The position numbers and the translations under genes are program-made. The notes beneath the pieces were generated by a model. It searched no databases. It was not told the DNA's origin and worked only from the letters and a program-made list of their open reading frames with translations. A stretch of 62,053 nucleotides of DNA, the filler included, from Stramenopiles sp. TOSAG23-6 (lineage: Eukaryota), in the NCBI GenBank assembly GCA_900128565.1. It is 23 parts of 23 records of this genome, joined end to end, with 100 filler letters (N's around TTAATTAATTAA, not from the genome) between each part and the next. Parts side by side here need not be neighbours in the genome. Positions count along the whole stretch, not along the records: positions 10,873 to 13,481 come from LT637916.1; positions 13,582 to 16,187 come from LT637917.1; positions 16,288 to 18,893 come from LT637918.1; positions 18,994 to 21,599 come from LT637919.1; positions 21,700 to 24,305 come from LT637920.1; 18 more parts are not named here. One strand, written 5' to 3'. How positions within the stretch are numbered: the first letter of the stretch is position 1; each line of letters opens with the position of its first letter. This document shows, in pieces, positions 11,547-23,117 of this stretch.

Positions 11547-12090
11547 ACTATGAATTTTTGTATTTTATTAATTTTTTGAAATATGTTTGAAAAATATCCT
11601 CTATAGTATATGTCATTAATGGTATATCTCTGCAAACATTACTCTCAAATTTAGAAATTGGGAATTTAAACAAGAATGAAATCAAATTGGCAACAAAAAC
11701 AATGAAAATGGAATTTCCACAAGGCATGTATGTTTTTTTTTTTTTTTTTTTTTTTATTTTTCCAAAATACATTCCTGAGTGTGGAAGTGATGCGTTGAGG
11801 TTTACATTATTAACATATTTACAACAAGGAACTAATATTAACATGGATATTGGTAGAGTTGTAACACACAGGCAATTTGGTAATAAAATATGGCAAGCTA
11901 CAAAATTTGCATTACAACATCGAATTTCTCCTTTAAACCCTAACCCTAATTCAACAATTCCAACAACAGTTGAAATGTTATTTGATGCAAAGAATAATAG
12001 TACTATCAATTTTGATACACTGAAAGATTCAGGGTTTCTACATCAATGGATTTTATCAAGATTAGCATGTATGTTATTTCATCATGAATT

Positions 12091-12129
<39 letters not shown>

Positions 12130-13322
12130 GTAAAAAAAATTTTGTACCTAACAAATTTTTCAAATTTCAATTTTTTTTTTGTATGAAAATTTTGTACCTA
12201 ACAAATTTAAAAAAAAAATAAAAATATTTTTCTACATAAAAGACACTACTGAAACTGTCAATAAAAGTCTTGAAATTTTTGATGTTTCAGCAGCTGCAAA
12301 AAGTATTCATTCTTTTATACAAAATGATTTATGTGGTACTTTTATAGAATGGTCTAAACCAATTTTGAATACAAAAAATAACCCTAACCCTAGTAACCCT
12401 AACCCTAGTTGTGTAATGACGGGTTCGTATGAAATAACTACAACAATTTTACATATTTCTTTAGAAGCATCTTTACGTTTAATGCATCCATTTATGCCTT
12501 TTATTACTGAAGAATTATGGCAAAAATTACCACTTAATAACCCTAACCCTAATTCCAGTAGAAACCCTAACCCTAATTCCAGTAGAAACCCTAACCCTAG
12601 AGAAAATTTGGAATGTTTGAAAAATGTTTCAAAAATAACAAAATCAAATAATGATAAAACGTCTATAATGATGTCAGCGTTTCCAACGACATGCTCTAAC
12701 ACTGCAAAAATATGTGGTACACATTCCATTGATTTGTTATATGATAAAAATGTTGAAACGAAAATGTAAGGTTTTTTTTTTCGTAGTAAATTTTGTACCT
12801 AACAATTTTTTTTTTTTTTTTTTTTTTTTTGACAAAAAAAAATATGTTAAAATTTCATACCTAACAAAAAAAATTTCAAAAAATATTTTTTACTATTACA
12901 TGGAAACATTACTCTCTGTATATAGAGGTGTTCTATCATTACGAAAACAAGCTAGAGATTTAGGTGTTTCAGTAGAAAATACAAAAGATATTGTAGTAGA
13001 TATTACTATAAACCCTAACCCTAGTACAATTTCAAAAAAATCAAAAATTTCAAAAATTTCAAAAAAATCAAAAATTTCAGAAAAATCAAAAATTTCAAAA
13101 AAATCAAACCCGTCTACAAATAATAATAATAATAATAATGATGGAATGGATGAAAAAAAATTGATTCTTTTGTATAAAAAATCTCTACTTGAAAGATGTC
13201 AACTCAATTCTATTGATATACACACGAAATCTGACGTACACACGAAATCTTTACAAAATGAAAAATCTTTGGTGTATGTTATGAATGATTGCTGCACCAT
13301 TCGATTACCCGTTTCTCTTGAT
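10993..13322 (+). CDS. VARS: Valyl-tRNA synthetase, C-terminal half (exons 10993-11127, 11230-11417, 11612-11727, 11773-12068, 12243-12765, 12902-13322)
   Basis: [59 protein letters not shown] and [15 protein letters not shown] motifs. Confidence 0.95.
11128..11229 (+). mobile_element. Family intron (GT...AT) in ValRS
   Basis: Removal restores [15 protein letters not shown] exactly. There is no AG near the junction. Confidence 0.92.
11418..11611 (+). mobile_element. Family intron (GT...AT) in ValRS, poly-T expanded
   Basis: Removal restores [15 protein letters not shown]. The TAG 5 nt upstream would frameshift. Confidence 0.85.
11728..11772 (+). mobile_element. Family intron (GT...AT) in ValRS; interior probably collapsed by assembly
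   Basis: Removal restores [15 protein letters not shown]. Confidence 0.9.
12069..12242 (+). mobile_element. Family intron (GT...AG) in ValRS with duplicated branch core
   Basis: Removal restores WILSRLA-x-TTETVN spacing. The AG sits at the same distance from AAATATTTTT as the AT of other copies. Confidence 0.75.
12766..12901 (+). mobile_element. Family intron (GT...AT) in ValRS
   Basis: Removal joins VETK-M-ETLLSV in frame. Confidence 0.8.
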
Positions 13323-13669
13323 GTACGTTTTATTTTTTTTTTACAGAAAAATTGATTTTTTTTTTTTTTTTTTTTCATACGAAATTTTGTACCTAACAAA
13401 TTTAAGTTTTTTTTGTAAAACTGTAGATTTTTTTTTTTTTTTTTTTTTTTAAATTCAAAAAAAATTTTTTTTTTTTTTTTTNNNNNNNNNNNNNNNNNNN
13501 NNNNNNNNNNNNNNNNNNNNNNNNNTTAATTAATTAANNNNNNNNNNNNNNNNNNNNNNNNNNNNNNNNNNNNNNNNNNNNTTTTGGAAAAATATTTCAA
13601 AAAAAAATCGTTAGGTATAAAATTTCGTACGAAAAAAAATTCGAATTTGAAAAAAAAAATAAAACATAC

Positions 13670-14788
13670 ATTAACGTCAATGCGTCTGTCATCGTCAGTA
13701 TCCACATCTTCAAAAAGATCCCATAATTTATTAAAGTAGTAAATATTTCGTAAAAGAGAGGCAAATTCTCTTTTTTCAACCCAAGAATCTCCATCACCAC
13801 CACCCGCTTTTGACGTAGTCCTTTTGTATGCTCTCATGAGAGCAGGTTTGTTGTTAAACTTTTCAAAACTTGGTACGCTTGTTATCCACTTATCAATTTC
13901 AGCTAAGGAACAGATTCCATTTCCGTTAAAATCAAGTTGTTTCCACATCTTTCGTAAATTATCTTTTGATGATAACGCTTCTTCTAGCTTTTTATCTTCA
14001 ACGGTTCGTGCAGCTATCAGGAATGAAGGAAGTGCAGCTCGACTTTCGTTAGGGTTAGGATTTTCATTATTTTCATTCCCTTGGGAAGTATCATCTTCAA
14101 CTTGATTCTTTGACCAAGCTTGTTTTCGTACTTCAGCAGGTTTATGTCCATTGAGACTTGATGTATGACCATTAAGCTTAGGTTTGTGACCATTCAGAGC
14201 AGGTTTTGATCGTACAGGACCTTTTCTTGGAGGAGGACCTCGAAATCCTTTTCTTTGTCGGAGAGGTGAATTAGTTCTACTCAATTGAGCTGCCTTTCCA
14301 GAAACGTATTTACAGAATTCATCGAACAAAATTTGACCCCCACCATTTGTATCAATTTTGTTAAATTCTTTGTCTGAATTTAAAACTGTCATTTTTACAC
14401 CCAATTTTGTCAAACCTTTATGAAATTCGGTTGGGTCAACTCGCCTATCATCGCCCGTATCAATATCTTCAAAAATATTCCAGAGTTTATTGAAATAGTA
14501 GATATTCCTGAGTAGTGGTACGAATTGTTTCTTTTGAACAAATTCAGTGTTATTTTCTTTCGCGGTAGCCTTGAATGCACGAATTAGAGCAGGTTTATTG
14601 TTGAACTTTTCAAAACCTTGGAAGGTTTGAATGAATTTATCCACTTCTGCCAGAGAACAAATTCCGTTGCCGTTTAAGTCCAATTTCTTCCACATTTCTC
14701 TCAGCTTTGTTTTTGTTTTTAACAGCTTGTCTATTTGGCTATCTTCTATCGATTTGACATTGTCTAAGATAGATCCACCAGCTCCCAT
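13670..14788 (-). CDS. N-myristoylated tandem EF-hand protein resembling flagellar calcium-binding protein (3' truncated at a family intron starting 13669)
   Basis: MGAGGS start. Two copies of W..LD.NGNGICSLAE.DK..KPAL.RA...LRNIYYFNKLW..FED.DT.DDRR. Confidence 0.85.
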
Positions 14789-15103
14789 ACTTTTGTCTTT
14801 TATTAATGAGATAAATATGATAAAAAGATTCTGTTGTAAGCCAGTAAAAGCTGGATACTTACAAAAGATTTGATTTGATGGCTTCTCCTTTGGTAACGTA
14901 ACGTTAAAAACAGATTAGACAGGTTTGTGACATAAAATTTTTTCAGTCAAAAAAACACCTTGAAAATGACACTATAATCATTAATCATTATCAGCTCATT
15001 ATAATAGTTGAAAAAGTAAATATTAACAATTCATTTTATTATTCTCTCCTCTCAACATTTTTTTTAGAAAATAATCCGTACCAAAATTAAACCCATTCAA
15101 TTT

Positions 15104-16097
15104 TCAACATTTCCAAATTCGACAAGTGTTGTCTTTTGATCCAGTAATAACAGTATCCCCCTCATAGTTGAAAGCACATGAAAAAATTTCATCTGTATGT
15201 CCTTCAAGTATTTGAAGACAATCTCCGGTATCAACATCCCAGAGACGCGCAGTTTTATCACTACTTGCCGTCAGGATTTTAGTCCCTTGAGGATTGAACG
15301 CAACTTTTGAAATTTCGCCCTCATGGCCAATTAGGATAGCTTGACAAGCACCAGTCATGGAGTTATAAACTCTTGAAGTTCCATCCGCAGATGCTGTGAC
15401 AAGTTTGCTTCCAGTCTCATTAAAGCAAACATCTAGTATTTCATCATTGTGTCCTCGTAAAGTTTGAACACATCGACCAATATATTGTGAAAATATATAT
15501 TTTTTCTTTCAAGAAAAAAATCGTTAGGTACAAAATTTGGTACGAAAAAAAAAACTTAAAAAATTTGAAATTCAAAGAAAAACGTACGTAGCGACATCCC
15601 AAATTTTGCAAGTTCTGTCTATCGAACCACTGATGCATAAATCACCAGCGAAATTAAATTGTGTTGAAGAAATTTCTCCATGATGTCCGGCTAAGGTATT
15701 AATGCACCTTCCTGTTTTAATATCCCAAACTTTTACGGTATGATCAAAAGATACATAGTGAAAAAATATTTGAAAAAAAAAAAAAAATGTTAACCCTAAC
15801 CCTAATGGAATTTTTTGAAAAAAAAAATTCAAAAAAAAAAAAAAAACCCTAACCCTAATGGTTACATACATCCAGTTATAATATTATCTCCAGTCGTATT
15901 AAAATTCAATGAAACAATTTCTGCTGTATGACCGAGTAGAGTGTGTATTTCCTTCCCAGTTTCCACATCCCATAATTTAGCAGTGTTATCCATCGAACCA
16001 GTAGCTACAATTTTCCCATGAGGATCGAAAGACAAACAAACAATTTCTGTGGCGTGTCCACGAAATGTATAAAAAAGTTTTCCAGTCTCTGAGTCCC
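15104..16097 (-). CDS. DAW1: Dynein assembly factor with WD repeats 1 (ODA16/WDR69), 3' part; family introns 15751-15869 and 15480-15587
   Basis: Consecutive WD40 repeats ending [30 protein letters not shown], the characteristic DAW1 C-terminus. Confidence 0.92.
15480..15587 (-). mobile_element. Family intron (GT...AT) in DAW1
   Basis: Removal restores [17 protein letters not shown]. Confidence 0.9.
15751..15869 (-). mobile_element. Family intron (GT...AT) in DAW1, containing TTAGGG repeats
   Basis: Removal restores [13 protein letters not shown]. Confidence 0.9.
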
Positions 16098-16517
16098 ATG
16101 TATTGTGAAAAAATATTTCAAAAAAAAATTTGAAAATTTGTTAGGTACGAAATTTCGTATGAAAACCAAAAAAAAAAAATTAAATTANNNNNNNNNNNNN
16201 NNNNNNNNNNNNNNNNNNNNNNNNNNNNNNNTTAATTAATTAANNNNNNNNNNNNNNNNNNNNNNNNNNNNNNNNNNNNNNNNNNNNATATATATTTATA
16301 ACTAACAAATACATTATGTACTCAATTATCATACAATACAGGGATTACAACAATGACAAGGTAACAGGCTGTCAATAAAATTAGTTTTGTAATTACAAAC
16401 AAAATAAAAATATTTCACATATGTTTTTTACAATATTATGATGATGTTATGGTTATATAAAAAAAAAAACGAACTTTTTTTTTTTAAATTTTATTTACAA
16501 AACCCTAACTCTTAGAT

Positions 16518-17361
16518 TTACCCTACATAAAAACAATTTGTTGTCGAGGTTAATAAATCACGAGCCTTATCAAAATAATATCCCTCTAATAATAGACGAA
16601 CATCTTCTAATAAAATTCCTTTATTCTCTGGATCGTTGATCATGTATTACGAAAAATATTTCAAAAAAAAAATTACAATTTGTTAGGTACAAAANTTNGT
16701 ACGAAAAAAAAAAANTANTAANCAAAANTATGATGAAAACGTATATATCTTCAAGTAGCTCCAATGTGTCATATCGCATAGATGCTAATTTCATTCCTTG
16801 TAAAATACCTCTTACTTGATTACAGCTAAATCCTCCTTCTATTTTATCCTTAATAACGCGTATGACATCTTTTTGATCAGAAGCTTGTTCGAGATTTTCC
16901 ATAACTTTTTTCAGTTCCTCGGGACAAAGATTTGGTGTCGCTTTGCAACGCCTGTGTTGCCAAAACCATTGGCGTGTTGCATCGACAACCCCTGATTCTA
17001 TTGACCCACAAGAATCAGCTCTACGAATTGTCTTTGCAACAGTACTTGAAAGATGAGGGAGTCCACTGTTCACAAGTGTGCCCATCGTAATCGTTTTGCA
17101 GTTTCCTTGCAATGTAGAACTGACTGAGGTAGGTAAAACTTCCCCATATGTTACTGGAGCGGATAGAACTTGTTGACGTGGGAGGACTGTTTCGTTCGAA
17201 ATAGATGCAGCTGGAGGAAGCATTGGTGGAGGACTATCTAAAAGACACAGCTTATAACGATTTTTCAAAAGTTCAACAGCTTCCTCTAAAGTCTCGTCTG
17301 TCATTCTGTTGAGCATGCCAACTGCCTCGGCGATATGATCAGCACGGGATTTTTGAGACAT
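16518..17361 (-). CDS. Protein with C-terminal DUF4476-like domain; family intron 16642-16744 (AT-start)
   Basis: FSCNQVRGIL..RYDTLELLED-M-INDPENKGIL after splicing resembles DUF4476. Confidence 0.65.
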
Positions 17362-18069
17362 CTTTATACTTTTGACTTGATAAAACTGTTTACCTACTAG
17401 TAATAAATAAAGGAATGAATCGATGAATGAATAAATGTGATTGATTGGAATGAAGACTAATGTGGTGTGTTTTTATACTTCTACCAGTTGTACTTTTTGT
17501 TATATACTAGTATAGCTTAGTACGTGTAGTAGGTCAGAATGTGTGTGGCTTCTCTCGTTCTTCTTCAGATTCTCCAGAATCTGCTACTGACTTTTGCTGT
17601 CTAGCTAGATTTCGTGTTATCAGGTAAATACATAGTTTCTCTACCAAAATTTTGTACCTAAAGGCTAAATCTAAAGGCTAAATTGAAAACTTTTCTTATG
17701 TGAAAAGAGAGTCATTTTTCATATTCGATAAAAATCCAGAAAATCTAAATATTCATCAAATAATGATCATATATATATATATGATTGTTTGATATGATAT
17801 TCTATAATTAATATAGTATAATATAATATAATTATAGTATAAAAAACAAAATATTCATCAAATAAAAATAAAATTCCGGAAAATTTATAGTTTATAAACA
17901 TTCAAAAAATAATAAAATCGTATTTATATGATTGTTATTCACAGTTTATTATACAATTATACAATAATTATAAATAATATAAATATATCTCTTTCATCAA
18001 ATATATATAAATATCCCATCATCATCATTTATAATATAGATATGCGTGACAGGGTTACATGTACAACAT

Positions 18070-18774
18070 TTACACAAAAAAACTTGATATTGTAATACAT
18101 ATACTTGAGCCTGCAAGCAAGAAGAATGAAAGTTCAATTGAATTTTTTGATTTTTCAAAATGAATATTGTCCTTGATTCTGTAATAATCTGATGTAGCTT
18201 CCAGAATATATTTGAATTCATAAAACCATACCAAAGATCCAATACATAATAGCATAAATGATAATAAAGAAACATTCATTGTAATTACATATTTATCAGC
18301 CATTACAGTACCTATCGAAACACCAAGTGCAATAGTTGAAAGAATACAAAAAGAAAAAATGACTTCACCACCAGTTTTGACTTTTTGTAATCCTTTGATG
18401 TAATTATTCCTTGCTTTTTCGAATTTTGCAGATTTTGTAGCAGAATTGGCGACTTCTTTTTTCGTTTTTGAAATGTATGATGAAAATGTATCCTTTGTTT
18501 TCTTTACAGCATCACCATTATTCATTGTTGCTTCCACTTTCCTCCATCGAAATGTGAATGCAGCATAATCCACGCCATGTCCGCTCAATTTTACTGTTCC
18601 ATATTTATCAACAGATAGTGCTGCAATTTGAAGTGCAATGGCAGCAATCAAGAAAAAACTTGGGATAGCTTTCTTTATCCAATCAATTTGAGTTTGTTCT
18701 TTTTCTTTTGTGTGATCATTTGGATCAATGGGTAGAAATGGTTTTGATTGTTCCGATAGTTTTTTTTCATCCAT
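18070..18774 (-). CDS. Four-TM claudin-like membrane protein
   Basis: One N-terminal TM helix, a long loop, then three C-terminal TM helices. Confidence 0.6.
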   Translation of the reverse strand: MDEKKLSEQSKPFLPIDPNDHTKEKEQTQIDWIKKAIPSFFLIAAIALQIAALSVDKYGTVKLSGHGVDYAAFTFRWRKVEATMNNGDAVKKTKDTFSSYISKTKKEVANSATKSAKFEKARNNYIKGLQKVKTGGEVIFSFCILSTIALGVSIGTVMADKYVITMNVSLLSFMLLCIGSLVWFYEFKYILEATSDYYRIKDNIHFEKSKNSIELSFFLLAGSSICITISSFFV

Positions 18775-19047
18775 GTTAAATTGTTTTACGTGTTTTACTG
18801 GTTGTAGTCTTTTTGTTTTTCTGTTTGTTTTTCTGTTTGTTTTTGTTTGTTTGTTTATTATTGTCTTTTAGGTCTTTTAGTAATGTTATGATTNNNNNNN
18901 NNNNNNNNNNNNNNNNNNNNNNNNNNNNNNNNNNNNNTTAATTAATTAANNNNNNNNNNNNNNNNNNNNNNNNNNNNNNNNNNNNNNNNNNNNGTACGAA
19001 ATTTTGTACCTAACGATTTTTTTTTGAAATATTTTTCCAAAATACAT

Positions 19048-20403
19048 GATGGCAGCTTGGTTTTACCAAAGTTTTGTCTAGGAAAATCAAGCTCGAAGAC
19101 TTTACATTGCAAATATTGGGATCCACCACCACCACCAAAGAATTTTATTGCAAAACACAAATTTAAAGAAAAACTTGTAGTAGGTAGCTACGATACAACT
19201 TTTAGTAATAGCTCTGACAAATTGAACCAACCTAGCAATTCTAAATTAATATCATCTACATCACGTCAATCACTGTCGGTAACTCCTCCTCCACCACCCA
19301 TGGGTTCTTCGGAGACAGCAATCATTTTAGAGAAATTTCGTGCACCCACCATACTACCAAATACAGTGAAGGAACACCACGTATCTGAAAAGAATCAAGT
19401 CATATCGGAAACTGTACCATCTACAAGTGAAAATTCACAGAATGTGCAATCTTCAAACTCAAACAGTGCTGGTCATGTACAAGTAAATATCGCTTCTGCT
19501 TTGTCGTCTCGATTTTCTCTTCCTGGTCAATCTAAAACGGGAAACTCGAACAAAGTATCCATGGAATCATCGTCTGGACATTCTGAAGCCACTGCATCTA
19601 CAATTCAATCTAAAACTCATTCCATTGTTCAACGTAGTGAATCTTCATGGGTGCCAACACGGTTATTGTGTAAACGTTTTCATGTTCCTCCACCACCGGA
19701 TTGGATAGGCTGTGCTACAAGCACTAGAATGTCTGAAAATAAATCTGACGTAGATTCTTTGAAGTCTTGGGAAACTATAAATAGTTGTGTAAATATTTCA
19801 AAACATTCCAACAAAAATGCAAACAAAAGTGTACATAAATCGGTTCAAATGAGTACCACAAACCTACGAAATATAGATATGAAAAATGTAAGGGTATCAT
19901 CTCATCACCATCGAAATGCGATAGGGAAAAATAAAATTCTTGTATATCCCCCACCCGTACGACCACATGCGAGTGTATTCAAAGCAATATTTGAAAGTTC
20001 TGGTGACGAACAAGAAACAAAGTCAAATTTGGAAAGGGTGAAATCGAAAGAATCTAACTCTGCATTAACAATAATTTCAATGGATAAACCTATCTTAGAA
20101 AACAGCAATGCAAATGATAGTATTACAATAGGTCAACAACTAAGTGAAAAACAAAAAAATCCAATTGTATCACAGAATATTTTAACCAGAAATGATTTCA
20201 AAAGTAGTTATAAAAATATCTCAATTATTAAAAGTCCAAAATATACATCAAAATCTATCAAGGAAGATATTTCTTCTGATAGCGATTCAGGTACAAGTGA
20301 TTCTTACCGGAAATCAAAGAAACGTCGTAAACATAAGAAAAAGTCGAGTAAAAAAAAAAAAAAACACAAAAAAAAGTTAAAAAAAAAACGAAAGAAATTA
20401 TAA
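19048..20403 (+). CDS. GPATCH1: G-patch domain-containing protein 1-like spliceosomal factor, 3' exon
   Basis: DG..L.KF, PP.NF...H.F, W.PTRLLCKRF.V, RP..SVFKAIF motifs and a Lys-rich tail, as in the GPATCH1/TOUGH C-terminus. Confidence 0.75.
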   Translation, partial: DGSLVLPKFCLGKSSSKTLHCKYWDPPPPPKNFIAKHKFKEKLVVGSYDTTFSNSSDKLNQPSNSKLISSTSRQSLSVTPPPPPMGSSETAIILEKFRAPTILPNTVKEHHVSEKNQVISETVPSTSENSQNVQSSNSNSAGHVQVNIASALSSRFSLPGQSKTGNSNKVSMESSSGHSEATASTIQSKTHSIVQRSESSWVPTRLLCKRFHVPPPPDWIGCATSTRMSENKSDVDSLKSWETINSCVNISKHSNKNANKSVHKSVQMSTTNLRNIDMKNVRVSSHHHRNAIGKNKILVYPPPVRPHASVFKAIFESSGDEQETKSNLERVKSKESNSALTIISMDKPILENSNANDSITIGQQLSEKQKNPIVSQNILTRNDFKSSYKNISIIKSPKYTSKSIKEDISSDSDSGTSDSYRKSKKRRKHKKKSSKKKKKHKKKLKKKRKKL

Positions 20404-20626
20404 AGAAAGTTTGTTGTATAACTTTTTTTTCTACTACCAATTATTTCAAAGTTTCAACTTTCAACTTTCAAGTGTATTAGTATTATTGATTTTGGATTTC
20501 GTGGATTTTTCGGGCCATTCGGAGATTTTCTTTGCGAGCGAGTCGACTAATAGCACTATACTATTTGTGTCACCTCGACACTATTCTTTCACTATGTCAC
20601 ATTCTCAAAAACAAAGTTTCTGCAAA

Positions 20627-21540
20627 ATGATTTCAAAAATTATCTTTCTTTTATCGATCTGCTCCGTGTCAGGGTACTTACGTGCCCCGATGACTTCTAT
20701 GAAGACGCCAGAACCTATTCTTGGCGCTACTGGGTGCACAGGAAAGCTTCCTTGCTTACCAGGTATTGATGCAATGGGTATCGGATTCGACGCTGTCACA
20801 GGGACTTCAGATTTGCTTCTCCCAGTTATCGAATTTACGTACAACAGCGACAACGTCTTTGTCAACCCGTTTGATAAAAAATTAACGTACTCCGTTCCAG
20901 ACGAAGCCTCTGTAAGAGTTGCTACTTCGGTAAACAGTGGAGTCACTTCTAAAGCCTTTACAACCACAAGATCCTTCGAGAACAACCAAAGTCTGAGTGT
21001 TGGTTTATCCGGTGAATACGGCGAATTCTCTGGCAGCATCAATGCAAAGTGGTCACGTGATCATTTACATGAAACTCAAAGGTATGGTAGTGTTGTTCAA
21101 TCTTCACTTGATGTTTCATTGTACGAAGTTGCCTTACAACCTTCTCCTTTACTAAGGAAATCCGCCGCTTTCGATAAAATGGTGAAATTGCTACCTCGTT
21201 CATATGATAAAGCAAAGTACGACGATTTCTTAGTGAATTTTGGTACGCACTACGTCTCGGCTGCCACTTTTGGTGGTTCGGGTAGAATGCTATCTGCTGT
21301 TGATACTTGCTACACAAAAGAAAAAACTTCATCTGAGATTGAAGTCGATGTATGTTTTATTGTTTTTCAAAATCGTTTTTTTTTCATACGAACATTTGTA
21401 CCTAACAAATTTTTTTAGATTTTTTTTTGAAATATTTTTCCAAAACACATGCGTCGGCACATTTTGCAACAGTTGCAAACCTAACTTCCTCTTATAAAGG
21501 ATCTACGAATACCACTGACACAGAATTCATGAAGAATAGT
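20627..21540 (+). CDS. Secreted MACPF-domain (perforin-like) protein, 3' truncated; family intron 21350-21450, next intron starts 21541
   Basis: Signal peptide, LPGID.MG.GFDAVTG and Y..F...FGTHYV..ATFGG MACPF signature. Confidence 0.9.
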
Positions 21541-21700
21541 GTATGTTTTATTTTTTTTCAAATTCGATTTTTTTTTCGTACGAAATTTTGTACCTAACGN
21601 NNNNNNNNNNNNNNNNNNNNNNNNNNNNNNNNNNNNNNNNNNNTTAATTAATTAANNNNNNNNNNNNNNNNNNNNNNNNNNNNNNNNNNNNNNNNNNNNG

Positions 21701-21934
<234 letters not shown>

Positions 21935-22059
21935 TCCTCTTTCAAATAATTATGTCGTTTTCAGACGAAAGAAGCAACCCTCCTCGTGTTAAAATTATTA
22001 TTGTTATTATTGTTATTATATATTTATTCATTACTTTAAAAACAAATTGACAAATTGAC

Positions 22060-22190
22060 CAGGACTCAAATATTCGAAATTGAATGTTTTAGGACTTCGA
22101 CACGTTTTTTTTCATACGAAATTTTGTACCTAAACAAACAAAACAAAAAAAACAGGACTCAAATATTCGAAATTGAATGTTTTAGGACTT
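22060..22190 (+). repeat. 38-bp direct repeat (22060-22097, 22153-22190) flanking a 55-bp fragment carrying the intron-family core
   Basis: CAGGACTCAAATATTCGAAATTGAATGTTTTAGGACTT occurs twice, with TTCATACGAAATTTTGTACCTAA between. Confidence 0.9.
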
Positions 22191-22785
22191 GGACAAGTTT
22201 AGCAGTTGTTTTGTTTTCCTTTGAACACATGATGGAGTTTCCTTCTAATATTTGTCTAACTCTAGCACGCTCCCACAATGGAATTGGATTGTTGTCATGT
22301 TTCTTGAGAAAAACTTTTTTTTTAATGAAAGACGACTTTTTTTGTGTTGAATTTTCTGCATTCTTTTGATTCTTTTGTACATTCCAATGCCTCTGTGCTC
22401 GACATAACGGACAAAAATGTTTAGTCGTCTTATCAAATATATGACCGATTTGAATAAGACACTCTTTGTGAAACTCTCCAACACATAAAATATTGCTGCA
22501 TTGCAATAAGCGTCCCATAATATCATCAGAACTGTTTTGATGCACTTGTGAAGTAGATTGATTAGTAGTTCTTGAACTAATGCCACAGAAGTTACAGAAG
22601 TGACGTCGTGGTTGGTTTCTAATACACTGTGGACAACACCAATCAAATTCTGGAACGCTAATTAGCGGTGTCGGAAGACACTGCAAATGATATACATTGC
22701 TACAATTTGAACAACAAAGTAAGTCACCAGTTTTTCTACATTTTACGCAATGATCGGGATACTCAATATAAGTACTACTTCCCAT
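22159..22785 (-). CDS. Tandem PHD-finger protein
   Basis: C..C...GDLLCC..C..VYHL.CL..PL..VP..DW.CP.C, followed by a second C4HC3 finger. Confidence 0.85.
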   Translation of the reverse strand: MGSSTYIEYPDHCVKCRKTGDLLCCSNCSNVYHLQCLPTPLISVPEFDWCCPQCIRNQPRRHFCNFCGISSRTTNQSTSQVHQNSSDDIMGRLLQCSNILCVGEFHKECLIQIGHIFDKTTKHFCPLCRAQRHWNVQKNQKNAENSTQKKSSFIKKKVFLKKHDNNPIPLWERARVRQILEGNSIMCSKENKTTAKLVQVLKHSISNI

Positions 22786-23117
22786 TCTCTTGAAAATTTA
22801 CTCAAGATTATTTTGAGAATCGATAACTATTATCAGCTTCTACAAACATTACAGTCTTACTATCTTCGAATTAGTATTTGAAGGAAAGCTTTATTTACAA
22901 TCATCAAAAAGTTGAAAAATTGAGTGTACTCTAGTACCTGCTAAGTCTTGTATTGAGAGACACAGTCTGAAGTCATACGTACATACCGTACCGTACTTAG
23001 GGTTAGGGTTTGGAACGGAGAGAGGTTTTCAAGCTATTACTAAAATTTTATAATGAGTATCTGAAGCCAATTGGTATTAAATAAGCAAGTCCAGTAACAT
23101 TCTAGAATCAGTATATA

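Noticed and set aside
17623-17661. AAAATTTTGTACCTAA in intergenic DNA as a full element copy
   Set aside because: Only a partial core, without the 3' hairpin or terminus. It could be a remnant, but the support is insufficient.
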